Of a stretch of 64,000 bases of DNA, positions 29,598 to 39,552 are shown piece after piece. The translations under genes were made by a program, and so were the position numbers. Source of the stretch: an uncultured Gemmatimonadales bacterium (lineage in GTDB: Bacteria; Gemmatimonadota; Gemmatimonadetes; Longimicrobiales; RSA9); NCBI GenBank assembly GCA_963816355.1, contig CAWFKH010000003.1, forward strand, positions 1,280,001 to 1,344,000. The letters run 5' to 3'. Positions within the stretch are counted from its first letter, which is position 1; each line of letters starts with the position of its first letter. The notes below the pieces were generated by a model. It did no database searches and was not told where the DNA came from. It was given only the letters and a program-made list of their open reading frames with translations.

Positions 29598-30908
29598 TCA
29601 GGAGAGCGCGGCCGACCGTCCCGTGCGGACCCGCTCCGCGCCGACGGCTCCCGCAGCGCCGTCGGCGTAGCGCACACCGGCCCGGGCGGCCGCGATCACC
29701 GCGACCGTCATGTCGGCGGTGACGTTCGCGACGGTCTTGAAGATGTCCGGGATCGCGTCGGCGGCCTTGATGAGGACGACGCCTTCGAGGGGGATTCCCG
29801 CGGCGAGGTAGAACGGCAGCATGAGGAACTGACCACCGCTCGGGATGCCGGGGCTGGCGAAGCTGAGGAGCAGGGTGGTGCCGGCGAAGAGCGCGATCGT
29901 GGCGGCGGACAGGGGAACGCCGTAGATGTGTGCGAGGATGAAGAGGTTGAGCGGGCTGGTGACGGTGCGGTTCGCCTTGAAGACGGCGACGGAGAGGGGC
30001 AGCACGAGGCCGGAGATCGATTCGGGAAGGCCGAGCCTCGTCTCGGCTCCCTCCACGAGAGCGGGCAGACTCGCGAGCGACGAGCGAGTGCCGACGGCGA
30101 CGATCTGGGCCGGTACGACGGCCGCGGCGAAACGCCGGATGGAGACGCGGCCGAGCGTCGTCGCGATGACGTACAGGAAGAGCGTGAACACGACGAGCAT
30201 CGCGGACGTGACGAGGATGTAGCCCACGACGATGCGGACCGTGGCCACGCCACCCAGCGACGCGAGATTGAAGGAGATGCCGAACACGGCGATCGGCATC
30301 AGCGTGAGCACCCAGCCGGCCAGCACGAGCGTCGCATCGCGCGCCGCACGGGCGAGGCGCACGATCAGCGTGCGGTGCGCAGGCGCGATGCGCGCGACGG
30401 CCAGGCCGAAGAGCAAGGTGACGACGACGACGCCGAGGATGTTGTCGTCGGCCGCGGCGGCGACCGGATTGGGGGGGATCAGACGTGTGGTCCAGTCGCC
30501 CACGCTTCCGCCTCCGGCGGCGGCGGCCGACGCCGCGGCGCCCGCCGCCCCGGCGACGCCGTCCGGCGCCGTCGGCACGAAGCGCACGAGGGACGGCGCG
30601 ACGATCAGGGAGAAGGCGAGGCCCAGGCAGAGAATCGCGACGAAGCAGACCAGGGAGAGGCCGCCGGCGCGCATCGACCGCGCGCCGTCGGGAGCATCCG
30701 CCAGCGCCAGCAGGAGGAACGAGACGATGAACGGCAGGATCAGCATGCGCAGCGCATGGATCCACAGCTCGCCCAGCGGGACGAGCAGCTGGCCCACCGC
30801 GCCGAGGGCGCCGAAGCCGTGAACGCCGGAGAGCGCGCCGAGGGCGAAGCCGCCCCCCAGAGCGAGCAGCGAACCGATCGTGAGCGTTTTCGCCTTCACG
30901 CGCAGCAT
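29598..30908 (-). CDS. Dicarboxylate/amino acid:cation symporter (DAACS family)
   Basis: LRMLILP, IPPNP, GTRSSLASLP, DIFKTVANVTAD; many TMs. Confidence 0.85.
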   Translation of the reverse strand: MLRVKAKTLTIGSLLALGGGFALGALSGVHGFGALGAVGQLLVPLGELWIHALRMLILPFIVSFLLLALADAPDGARSMRAGGLSLVCFVAILCLGLAFSLIVAPSLVRFVPTAPDGVAGAAGAAASAAAAGGGSVGDWTTRLIPPNPVAAAADDNILGVVVVTLLFGLAVARIAPAHRTLIVRLARAARDATLVLAGWVLTLMPIAVFGISFNLASLGGVATVRIVVGYILVTSAMLVVFTLFLYVIATTLGRVSIRRFAAAVVPAQIVAVGTRSSLASLPALVEGAETRLGLPESISGLVLPLSVAVFKANRTVTSPLNLFILAHIYGVPLSAATIALFAGTTLLLSFASPGIPSGGQFLMLPFYLAAGIPLEGVVLIKAADAIPDIFKTVANVTADMTVAVIAAARAGVRYADGAAGAVGAERVRTGRSAALS

Positions 30909-30999
30909 CGCGGGACCCGTCCGAACGCGAAGAGAGGCACTCCCCCGGTGAGCGAGAGTGAGGAAGCGGCCGATGGTCGGGCAAGTTCCGTGCTGAACC

Positions 31000-31821
31000 A
31001 TGCGTGAGGCCGCTGCACCCGGCGAGTTGCGCGCGATGCGCCTCACGCTGCGCTACGACGGCACGGACTTTCACGGCTGGCAGGTCCAGCCCGAGACGCG
31101 CACGGTGCAGGCGGAGCTGGAGCGCGTCCTCTCCCGGATTTGCGACCGACCCACGCGAGCGACGGCGGCGGGTCGCACCGACGCCGGCGTGCACGCGAGC
31201 GGGCAGATCGTCTCGACGCACGTACCGGCGCGCTGGGAGGTGGCCGAGCTGCGAAAATCGCTCAACGCGCTGCTCCCGGAAGCGATCCGGGTGGCCGACG
31301 TCCGGGACGCCGCGCCGGATTTCCACGCGCGCTTCAGTGCCGTGGCGCGCGGCTACGTCTACCGGGTGGGGCTCGCCGAGCGCGCCTCCTCGCCGTTCGA
31401 GCGCCGCTACTGCTGGCCGCTCGCAGCGGAGAACCGTCCCGTCCCGCTGCGGCGCGAGGCGCTCGACGACGCCGCGAAGCTCCTCCTCGGCGCCCGCTCC
31501 TTCGCGGCGTTCGCCAAGGCGGGGCAGGAGGAGCGGGGCGACCGCTGCACAGTGCAGCGCTCCGCATGGTCCGAGTGGCGCTCGGGGCTGCAGTACGTCG
31601 TCGTCGCCGACCGCTTCCTCCACCACATGGTGCGCTACCTCGTCGGCACGATGGTGGAGGTGGCGCGGGCGCGGCGCCCGGTGGCGGACATCGCGCGTCT
31701 GCTGGCCGGCGAAGGGGCCGTGACGACGTCGCCGCCGGCGCCCGCGCGCGGCCTCTTCCTCGCGCGCGTCTACTACGAGGCTCCGCTCGAGGACGACCCC
31801 ATCGACGAGGCGCTGCCCTGA
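31000..31821 (+). CDS. truA: tRNA pseudouridine(38-40) synthase
   Basis: YDGTDFHGWQ, AGRTDAGVHA, FHARFSA, FLHHMVR. Confidence 0.95.
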   Translation: MREAAAPGELRAMRLTLRYDGTDFHGWQVQPETRTVQAELERVLSRICDRPTRATAAGRTDAGVHASGQIVSTHVPARWEVAELRKSLNALLPEAIRVADVRDAAPDFHARFSAVARGYVYRVGLAERASSPFERRYCWPLAAENRPVPLRREALDDAAKLLLGARSFAAFAKAGQEERGDRCTVQRSAWSEWRSGLQYVVVADRFLHHMVRYLVGTMVEVARARRPVADIARLLAGEGAVTTSPPAPARGLFLARVYYEAPLEDDPIDEALP

Positions 31822-31984
31822 GCGCGCCCTTCCTTGACACCGGTGGACCCCGCCGTAGTTTCGCCGCGTGCGGCGGCGGGACCGCCCCGCTCGCGCGTGT
31901 GTATCTCATGTGGGCGGCCGTGTGGGCGCTGACAGGCGACGAATCGAGCGGCGCGGAAAACGCCGCGACGACCGGGGGAACGCG

Positions 31985-32653
31985 ATGAAGATCTTTCTCG
32001 ATAGCGCGGAGGTGGACGAGATCCGCCGCGCCATGGACGCGGGCCTGATCGACGGCATCACGACGAATCCGTCGTTGCTGTCGAAGGCGGCGGGTTCGGA
32101 GGGGGATCCGCGCGAGATCCTGGCGACGATCTGCGACCTGGTACCGGGGCCGATCAGCGCCGAGGTCGTCGCGACGGACACGGACGCGATGATGGCGGAA
32201 GGCCGCGAGCTCGTGAAGATCGCGGACAACATCGTGATCAAGGTGCCGCTGACCGAGGCGGGACTGGGCGCGTGCCGCCGGCTCCGGGCGGAAGGGATCA
32301 GGGTGAACGTCACGCTCTGCTTCTCGCCCACGCAGGCGCTCCTCGCCGCGAAGGCGGGGGCCACCTACATCTCGCCGTTCGTGGGCCGCGTCGACGACAT
32401 CTCCGGCGACGGCATGGACCTGATCCGGCAGATCGTCCAGATCTACGAGAACTACGACTACGAGACGGAGGTCCTCGTCGCATCGGTACGGCACCCACGC
32501 CACATGGTGGAGGCGGCGCTGGTCGGCGCCGACGTGGCGACCGTGCCGTTCAAGGTGCTGATGCAGCTGCTCCAGCACCCGCTGACCGACAAGGGGCTGA
32601 AGGCGTTCCTGGCGGACTGGGAGAAGCTGCCGGAGGCGCGCAGAGGAATCTAG
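31985..32653 (+). CDS. fsa: Fructose-6-phosphate aldolase / small transaldolase
   Basis: [41 protein letters not shown]. Confidence 0.92.
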   Translation: MKIFLDSAEVDEIRRAMDAGLIDGITTNPSLLSKAAGSEGDPREILATICDLVPGPISAEVVATDTDAMMAEGRELVKIADNIVIKVPLTEAGLGACRRLRAEGIRVNVTLCFSPTQALLAAKAGATYISPFVGRVDDISGDGMDLIRQIVQIYENYDYETEVLVASVRHPRHMVEAALVGADVATVPFKVLMQLLQHPLTDKGLKAFLADWEKLPEARRGI

Positions 32654-32678
32654 AGCGACCGCTGGAAGAGACGAAACG

Positions 32679-34232
32679 ATGTCGCCGAAGCTTCGCGCCT
32701 GGCTCGCCCTGCTCGCGGTCGCCGTGCCGCTCGCGGCGTTCACGGCGCTCGGCGGCCGCGCGCTGAGCCGCGTCGGCGCCGCGCTGGACCAAGGGATCGC
32801 GCGGCCGAGCGCGACGCGGACGGCGGCCGAGCGGCCGTCGAGCGCGGCCGCGCCGGGGCCCGCCGGCGCGTCGTCGGCTCTGGCGCTCCCGCCGCTGGCG
32901 CGTCCGGAGTCGCAGGCGCGGCCCGCGACGGACTCCCTCGCCGCGTCGCGCAGCACGGCGATCGTGCGTGCGGCGGCCCGCGTCGCGCCGGCGGTGGTGA
33001 GCGTGAACGTGATCAAGCGGGAGGCGGTGCAGCCGCACACGCTGTGGGAGAGCCTGATGATCCCGCCCGGCTACCAGCGCGAGGTGGCGGGTCTCGGCTC
33101 CGGCTTCGTGGTCAACGCGCGCGGGTTGGTCCTGACGAACGACCACGTCGTGCACGGCGCGACGGAGCTGGTCGTGACGCTGCCGGACGGCCGCGACGTG
33201 CCGGCGGAGGTCGTGGGCACCGACGAGGTGAACGACATCGCGCTGCTGCGTCTGAAGCTGCCGGCGGGTGCCACCCCCCTGCCGACGGCGCCGATCGGCA
33301 ACTCGGACGATCTGATGATCGGCGAGTGGGTCGTGGCGATCGGCAACCCGCTCGGATTCCTGCTGTCGAACACCGAGCCGACGGTGACGGCGGGAGTGGT
33401 CAGCGGCGTGCACCGCAACATGATTCCGGGCCAGGGGGCCGAGGGCGGCTACTACCTCGACATGATCCAGACGGACGCATCGATCAACCCTGGCAACTCC
33501 GGCGGCCCGCTGGTCAACGCGCTCGGCCAGGTGGTGGGCGTCAACTCCTCGATCCTGTCGCAGAGCGGCGGCAGCGAGGGGCTCGGCTTCGCGATCCCGA
33601 TCAACCGCGCCCGCCGCATCGCCGCCGACCTGCTGCGGGAGGGGCGGGTGCGGCGGCCGTGGGTGGGGATCGACGTCGCGCCCGCGGACACGGACCTGTG
33701 GGGGCGGAGCCGCGAGGTCCGCATCGCCGGCGTCGCCGACGGCTCGCCCGCCGACCGCGCGGGGATCCGCGCCGGCGCGCTGCTCGTCAAGGCCCGCGGC
33801 CGCGCGGTGCACACGCCGCTCGACTGGGACGCGGCGCTGCTCGACGCGCGCGTCGGCCAGCCGTTGCCGCTGGTCGTGCGCGAAGGCGGTCGGGATCGCG
33901 CCGTCGCCGTCACGCCGGGCGACCTTCCATCGATGAGCGCGGAGCGGATCCGCGCGCTGTCCGACTTCGAGCTGGTGACGCTGACGGCGGCGATCCGGTC
34001 GGAACGCGACGTCGCGAGCGACCACGGCGCGCTGATCGTGGACCTCTCCGCCGCCGCGCAGAACGAGCTCGGCCTGGAGAAGGGGGACGTGATCGTGCAG
34101 ATCAATCGCACGCCGATCCGCACGGCGGAGCAAGCGGCGCAGCTGCTCCGCCGCCTCGCCGGCCGCGGCGGCGTGCGGCTGATCTTCGAGCGCCAGAGGC
34201 AGCTCGTCTCGACCTGGTTCACCATTGGCTGA
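32679..34232 (+). CDS. HtrA/DegP-family serine protease with PDZ domains
   Basis: GSGF, TNDHV, DIALL, IQTDASINPGNSGGPL, PDZ-like C-terminus. Confidence 0.92.
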   Translation: MSPKLRAWLALLAVAVPLAAFTALGGRALSRVGAALDQGIARPSATRTAAERPSSAAAPGPAGASSALALPPLARPESQARPATDSLAASRSTAIVRAAARVAPAVVSVNVIKREAVQPHTLWESLMIPPGYQREVAGLGSGFVVNARGLVLTNDHVVHGATELVVTLPDGRDVPAEVVGTDEVNDIALLRLKLPAGATPLPTAPIGNSDDLMIGEWVVAIGNPLGFLLSNTEPTVTAGVVSGVHRNMIPGQGAEGGYYLDMIQTDASINPGNSGGPLVNALGQVVGVNSSILSQSGGSEGLGFAIPINRARRIAADLLREGRVRRPWVGIDVAPADTDLWGRSREVRIAGVADGSPADRAGIRAGALLVKARGRAVHTPLDWDAALLDARVGQPLPLVVREGGRDRAVAVTPGDLPSMSAERIRALSDFELVTLTAAIRSERDVASDHGALIVDLSAAAQNELGLEKGDVIVQINRTPIRTAEQAAQLLRRLAGRGGVRLIFERQRQLVSTWFTIG

Positions 34233-35661
34233 GGCCGCCGGGACGTATCAGAACCCGCTGGTCGAGCGCTACGCGTCGGTCGAGATGAGCCGGATCTTCT
34301 CGCCGGCGCGGAAGTTCGCGACGTGGCGGCGGCTGTGGCTCGCGCTCGCGGAGTCGCAGCAAGAGCTCGGGCTTCCGATCTCCGACGCGGCGCTCGCGGC
34401 GATGCGGAGCCACCTGGACGACGTCGACGCCGATCGTGCGGACGAGCTGGAGCGACGCTTCCGCCACGACGTGATGGCGCACGTCCACCTCTTCGGCGAG
34501 GTGGCGCCGGAAGCGCGCGGGGTGATCCATCTCGGCGCGACGAGCGCCTACGTCGCGGACAACGCGGACCTGATCGCGCAGCGCGACGCATTGCGCCTGG
34601 TACTGCGACGCCTGGTCGCGTGCATCGCGGCGCTGGCCGCGTTCGCGAGGCGCCACCGCGACACGGCGACGCTCGGCTACACGCACTTCCAGCCCGCCCA
34701 GCCGACCACGGTCGGCAAGCGGGCGACGCTATGGCTGCAGGACCTGCTGCTCGACGTCGAGGAGGTCGAGCAGAGGCTCGCGACGTTCCGCTTCCGCGGC
34801 GTGCGCGGCACGACGGGAACGGAGGCGTCCTTCCTCGAGCTGTTCGAGGGAGACCACGAGCGCGTCGAGGAGCTGGGCCGGCGGGTGGCGCGGAAGATGG
34901 ACTTCGAGCGCGTCTTCGCCGTGACCGCCCAGACGTACCCGCGCAAGGCGGACTACGGCCTGCTCGCCGCGCTCGCGGGGATCGCGACGTCTACATCCAA
35001 GTTCGCGCACGACCTGCGGCTGCTTGCGCACCTGCGCGAGGTCGAGGAGCCGTTCGAGGAGGAGCAGATCGGCTCGTCCGCGATGGCGTACAAGCGCAAC
35101 CCGATGCGGGCGGAGCGGATCACCGCCCTGGCGCGGCACGTGATCGCGCTTTCGCTCGACCCGGCGATGACCGCGGCGACGCAGTGGCTCGAGCGCACGC
35201 TCGACGACTCGGCCAACCGCCGCATCGCGATCCCGGAATCCTTCCTGGCGACGGACGCGACGCTGCTGCTGGTGCACAACGTGGCGGGCGGCCTCGTCGT
35301 GCGGGAGCACGCCGTGCGCCGGCACCTCGAGGCGGAGCTGCCGTTCCTCGCCACGGAGCCGATCCTGATGCTGGCGGCGCGGCGCGGCGGCGACCGCCAG
35401 GCGCTGCACGAACGGATCCGCAGGCACGCGCTGGCGGCCGCTGAGCGGATGAAGGAGGAGGGCGCGGCGAACGACCTGGCCGAGCGCATCGCCGACGACG
35501 CCGCCTTCGCCCTCTCGCGTGCGGAGATCGCCGCGCTGCTCGACCCGGCGCGCCACGTGGGCCGCGCGCCGCAGCAGGTGGACGCCTTCCTGGCGGGGGA
35601 CGTCGCGCGCGTGCTGGAACGGCACCCGGTCGACACCGGCGTGCCCGAGCTGCGAGCATAG
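34225..35661 (+). CDS. purB: Adenylosuccinate lyase
   Basis: RHDVMAH, IHLGATS, GYTHFQPAQ, GSSAMAYKRNP, ERTLDDSA; TTG start. Confidence 0.95.
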   Translation: MAEAAGTYQNPLVERYASVEMSRIFSPARKFATWRRLWLALAESQQELGLPISDAALAAMRSHLDDVDADRADELERRFRHDVMAHVHLFGEVAPEARGVIHLGATSAYVADNADLIAQRDALRLVLRRLVACIAALAAFARRHRDTATLGYTHFQPAQPTTVGKRATLWLQDLLLDVEEVEQRLATFRFRGVRGTTGTEASFLELFEGDHERVEELGRRVARKMDFERVFAVTAQTYPRKADYGLLAALAGIATSTSKFAHDLRLLAHLREVEEPFEEEQIGSSAMAYKRNPMRAERITALARHVIALSLDPAMTAATQWLERTLDDSANRRIAIPESFLATDATLLLVHNVAGGLVVREHAVRRHLEAELPFLATEPILMLAARRGGDRQALHERIRRHALAAAERMKEEGAANDLAERIADDAAFALSRAEIAALLDPARHVGRAPQQVDAFLAGDVARVLERHPVDTGVPELRA

Positions 35662-35674
35662 GAGCGGAAGAGGG

Positions 35675-36619
35675 ATGAAGCCGATCGCGCGCACCGAGCT
35701 GCCGCTGCCACTCGTGGGCCAGGGGAAGGTCCGCGACATCTACGACGCGGGAGAGAACCGGCTGCTGGTGGTGGCGACGGACCGGATCAGCGCCTTCGAC
35801 GTCGTGCTGCCGCAGCCGATCCCGTGGAAAGGGATCGTGCTGACGCAGATCACGGAGTGGTGGCTGGAGCGGCTGACGGAAGCGCCGCCGCACCACCTGA
35901 TCACGGTCGATCCGGAGCGCATCGTGGCGGCGCTGCCGACGCTCGCGGACTCGCGCGATGCCTGGGCGGGGCGCGCGTCGCTCGTCTGGCGCACGACGCC
36001 GATCCCGATCGAGTGCGTGGTGCGCGGCTATCTCTCCGGCTCGGCGTGGAAGGAGTACCGCGAGGCGGGCACGCTGGCCGGCGAGGCGCTGCCGGAGGGG
36101 ATGGTGGAGAGCGACCGGCTCGATCCACCGATCTTCTCGCCGGCGACGAAGGCGGAGAGCGGCCACGACGAGAACATCCCGTTCGCCGAAGTCGAACACC
36201 GCCTCGGCCGTGCGCTCGCCGGCGAGCTGCGCCGTCGATCGCTGGAGCTCTACGAGGAGGGCCGCTCGATCGCCGGCCGCTGCGGCATCGTCATCGCCGA
36301 CACGAAGTTCGAGTTCGGCACGCTGCCGAGCGGCGAGCTGCTGCTGATCGACGAGACGCTGACGCCGGACTCTTCACGCTTCTGGCCGGAAGAGAGCTAC
36401 GCGACCGGTCGCGGGCAGCCGTCCCTCGACAAGCAGCCGGTGCGGGACTTCCTCGAGGAGCTGACGTCGCGAGGAGAGTGGAACAAGCGCCCGCCGGCGC
36501 CCGAGCTGCCGCCGGAAGTCGTGGCGGCGACGTCGCAGCGATACCGCGACGTCTTCCGGCGCCTGAGCGGCGTCTCGATCGGGGCGTACCTGGAGCGGCC
36601 GCGGGAGGAGGCGGGGTGA
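35675..36619 (+). CDS. purC: SAICAR synthetase
   Basis: GKVRDIY, TDRISAFD, ECVVRGY, ADTKFEFG, TPDSSRFW, DKQ. Confidence 0.95.
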   Translation: MKPIARTELPLPLVGQGKVRDIYDAGENRLLVVATDRISAFDVVLPQPIPWKGIVLTQITEWWLERLTEAPPHHLITVDPERIVAALPTLADSRDAWAGRASLVWRTTPIPIECVVRGYLSGSAWKEYREAGTLAGEALPEGMVESDRLDPPIFSPATKAESGHDENIPFAEVEHRLGRALAGELRRRSLELYEEGRSIAGRCGIVIADTKFEFGTLPSGELLLIDETLTPDSSRFWPEESYATGRGQPSLDKQPVRDFLEELTSRGEWNKRPPAPELPPEVVAATSQRYRDVFRRLSGVSIGAYLERPREEAG

Positions 36620-36644
36620 AGCGGAGCCGCGCGGAGGAGGTCGC

Positions 36645-37568
36645 ATGAGGCCGCGCCGTCTGCAACGCGGTGTCATCATCGTGCCGAGCGCGCTCACGCT
36701 GGCGAACCTGTTCTTCGGGCTGTGGGCGATCGTCGCCGCGTCGCGAGGCGACTTCTACGGCTCCGCGTGGCTGATCGTACTGGCGGGGATCGCGGACATG
36801 ATCGACGGCCGCGTCGCGCGCGTGACGCAGACCGGCAGCCGCTTCGGCGAGGAGCTCGACTCGCTGGTCGACGCGATCAGCTTCGGCGTGGCGCCGGCGA
36901 CGATCGTCTTCTTCCTCTTCCTGTCGCGCGAGCAGTGGGGGTGGATCGCCAGCTTCATCTACGTCGCCGGCGCCGTCATCCGGCTGGCGCGCTTCAACGT
37001 CGAGCAGGCCGGCGTGGCGAAGACGCATTTCCACGGCCTTCCCTCCCCCACCGCGGGGATGACGCTCGCGACGTTCTATCCGTTCAGCCAGACGCCGCTC
37101 TTCGCGCGCTGGTTCGCCGGCTTCAACTGGCCGTTCCTCATGATCGCGCTCATGATCCTGCTGAGCGCCCTCATGCTGAGCCACGTGCTCTATCCGGTCG
37201 TCCCGAAGTTCGGGTTCCGCACGCCGAAGGGGATCGCCACCGGCGTCTTCATGCTCGCCGCCGTCGTCGCCGCCTTCACCGTGCCGGCGTACTTCTTCTT
37301 CCCCTTCTTCGTCGCCTACATCGGATACGGGCTGCTCACGGCGCTCGTGCTGGGCTTCTTCGAGCGGCTTCCCGAGCGGGACGTGCTGATCGACGATGAC
37401 GGCGACGAAGCGGGGGCGGAGCTGCGCGAGATCGACTACGACGAGCTGCGCGGGCCGGGCGGGCTCGGACGGCGACGCCGCCGTCGCCATCGCCGCCGGC
37501 GCGGCACCGCGGATCCGGGGAGCCGTCACGGCGCCGGCGCGGAACAGGGGAACGAGGAGGGAAGATGA
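36645..37568 (+). CDS. pssA: CDP-diacylglycerol--serine O-phosphatidyltransferase
   Basis: [39 protein letters not shown]. Confidence 0.9.
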   Translation: MRPRRLQRGVIIVPSALTLANLFFGLWAIVAASRGDFYGSAWLIVLAGIADMIDGRVARVTQTGSRFGEELDSLVDAISFGVAPATIVFFLFLSREQWGWIASFIYVAGAVIRLARFNVEQAGVAKTHFHGLPSPTAGMTLATFYPFSQTPLFARWFAGFNWPFLMIALMILLSALMLSHVLYPVVPKFGFRTPKGIATGVFMLAAVVAAFTVPAYFFFPFFVAYIGYGLLTALVLGFFERLPERDVLIDDDGDEAGAELREIDYDELRGPGGLGRRRRRRHRRRRGTADPGSRHGAGAEQGNEEGR

Positions 37569-37824
37569 CGGATTACGGCGTCGTCGCGCGAATCACGCCA
37601 CGGCAGGGCCTGCTCGATCCCGAGGGGAAGGCGATCGGCGGCGCGCTGCACTCGCTCGGTTTCGAGCAGGTCCGCGAGGTCCGGGTCGGGCGGCTAGTGC
37701 GCCTTCGCGTCGCGGCGGATTCGGCGGACGCGGCGCTGGAGCGCGCCCGGGAGATGTGCGAGAAGCTGCTGGCGAACCCCGTCACGGAGGACTTCGCGCT
37801 CGAGATCGCGGAGGAAGACTCGTG

Positions 37825-37825
<1 letters not shown>
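37565..37825 (+). CDS. purS: FGAM synthase subunit PurS
   Basis: [17 protein letters not shown]. Confidence 0.95.
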
Positions 37826-38532
<707 letters not shown>

Positions 38533-38576
38533 GCGAGCCGGACCTCTTTTCCCACCCGACCTACCGGAGGAAGCCG

Positions 38577-39515
38577 ATGCGGAAGATGCTCCCGGCGGCG
38601 CCGCTGACGGCGCCGCTCCTGTTCGCGACGCCGCTCCTGCTCGCCGCGTCGCTGGCCGTGCCCGGAGCCGCCGTGGCTCAGGGGATGGACAGCGTGCGGA
38701 TCCGCGTGGTGCCGGTGGCGCCGGGCGTCCACATGCTGATGGGGTCGGGCGGCAACATCGGCGTCTCGTCCGGTCCGGACGGCGTCTTCGTGATCGACGA
38801 CGAGTTCGCGCCGCTCACGGACCGGATCGTGGCGGCGATCCGCACGTTCAGCGACGGCCCGATCCGTTTCCTGGTCAACACCCACTGGCACGGAGACCAC
38901 ACCGGCGGCAACGCCAACTTCGCGGGACGCGGCGTGGTGATCTTCGCGCAGGACAACGTGCGCGAGCGGCTAAAGCTGCCGCGGCCGGGCCGCGACGGCC
39001 AGCCCGCGCCGGCGCCGCCGGCCGCGGCGCTTCCGGTCGTGACGTTCGCGGACGCGATCACGTTCCACATGAACGACGACTCCGTCTACGTCTTCCACGT
39101 GCCGCCCGCGCACACCGACGGCGATGCGGTGATCCACTTCACGCACGCCAACGCGGTGCACATGGGAGACACCTTCTTCAACGGCCACTATCCATACGTC
39201 GACCTGCAGAGCGGCGGCTCGATCGAGGGCATCATCGCGGCCGCGGACACGGTGCTGAAACTCGCCGACGAGGGCACGGCGATCATTCCCGGCCACGGCG
39301 AGCTGGGGGACAGGGCGTCGCTGCAGGCATACCGTGACGTGGTGAAGACGGTGCGAGACCGTGTCGCCGCGCTGATCGAGCAGGGGAAGACGCTGGCGGA
39401 GATCCAGGCCGCGGCGCCGTCGAAGGAGTTCGACGCGAAGTGGGGTTGGGACTTCATCCCGCCCGCTCGCTTCGTGGAGGAGATCTACCGCAGTCTGGCA
39501 CCCGAGAGCCGCTGA
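38577..39515 (+). CDS. Secreted metallo-beta-lactamase-fold hydrolase (cyclase-like)
   Basis: Signal peptide; THWHGDHTGGN, AHTDGD, MGD, PGHG. Confidence 0.85.
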   Translation: MRKMLPAAPLTAPLLFATPLLLAASLAVPGAAVAQGMDSVRIRVVPVAPGVHMLMGSGGNIGVSSGPDGVFVIDDEFAPLTDRIVAAIRTFSDGPIRFLVNTHWHGDHTGGNANFAGRGVVIFAQDNVRERLKLPRPGRDGQPAPAPPAAALPVVTFADAITFHMNDDSVYVFHVPPAHTDGDAVIHFTHANAVHMGDTFFNGHYPYVDLQSGGSIEGIIAAADTVLKLADEGTAIIPGHGELGDRASLQAYRDVVKTVRDRVAALIEQGKTLAEIQAAAPSKEFDAKWGWDFIPPARFVEEIYRSLAPESR

Positions 39516-39552
39516 AGCGCAGCCGAACCGAAACCTCATCCGGAGTACGTCC

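Noticed and set aside
38577..39515. Metallo-beta-lactamase resistance gene
   Set aside because: HxHxDH with Asp (MGD) rather than the Cys of B1 enzymes; fits generic MBL-fold hydrolases
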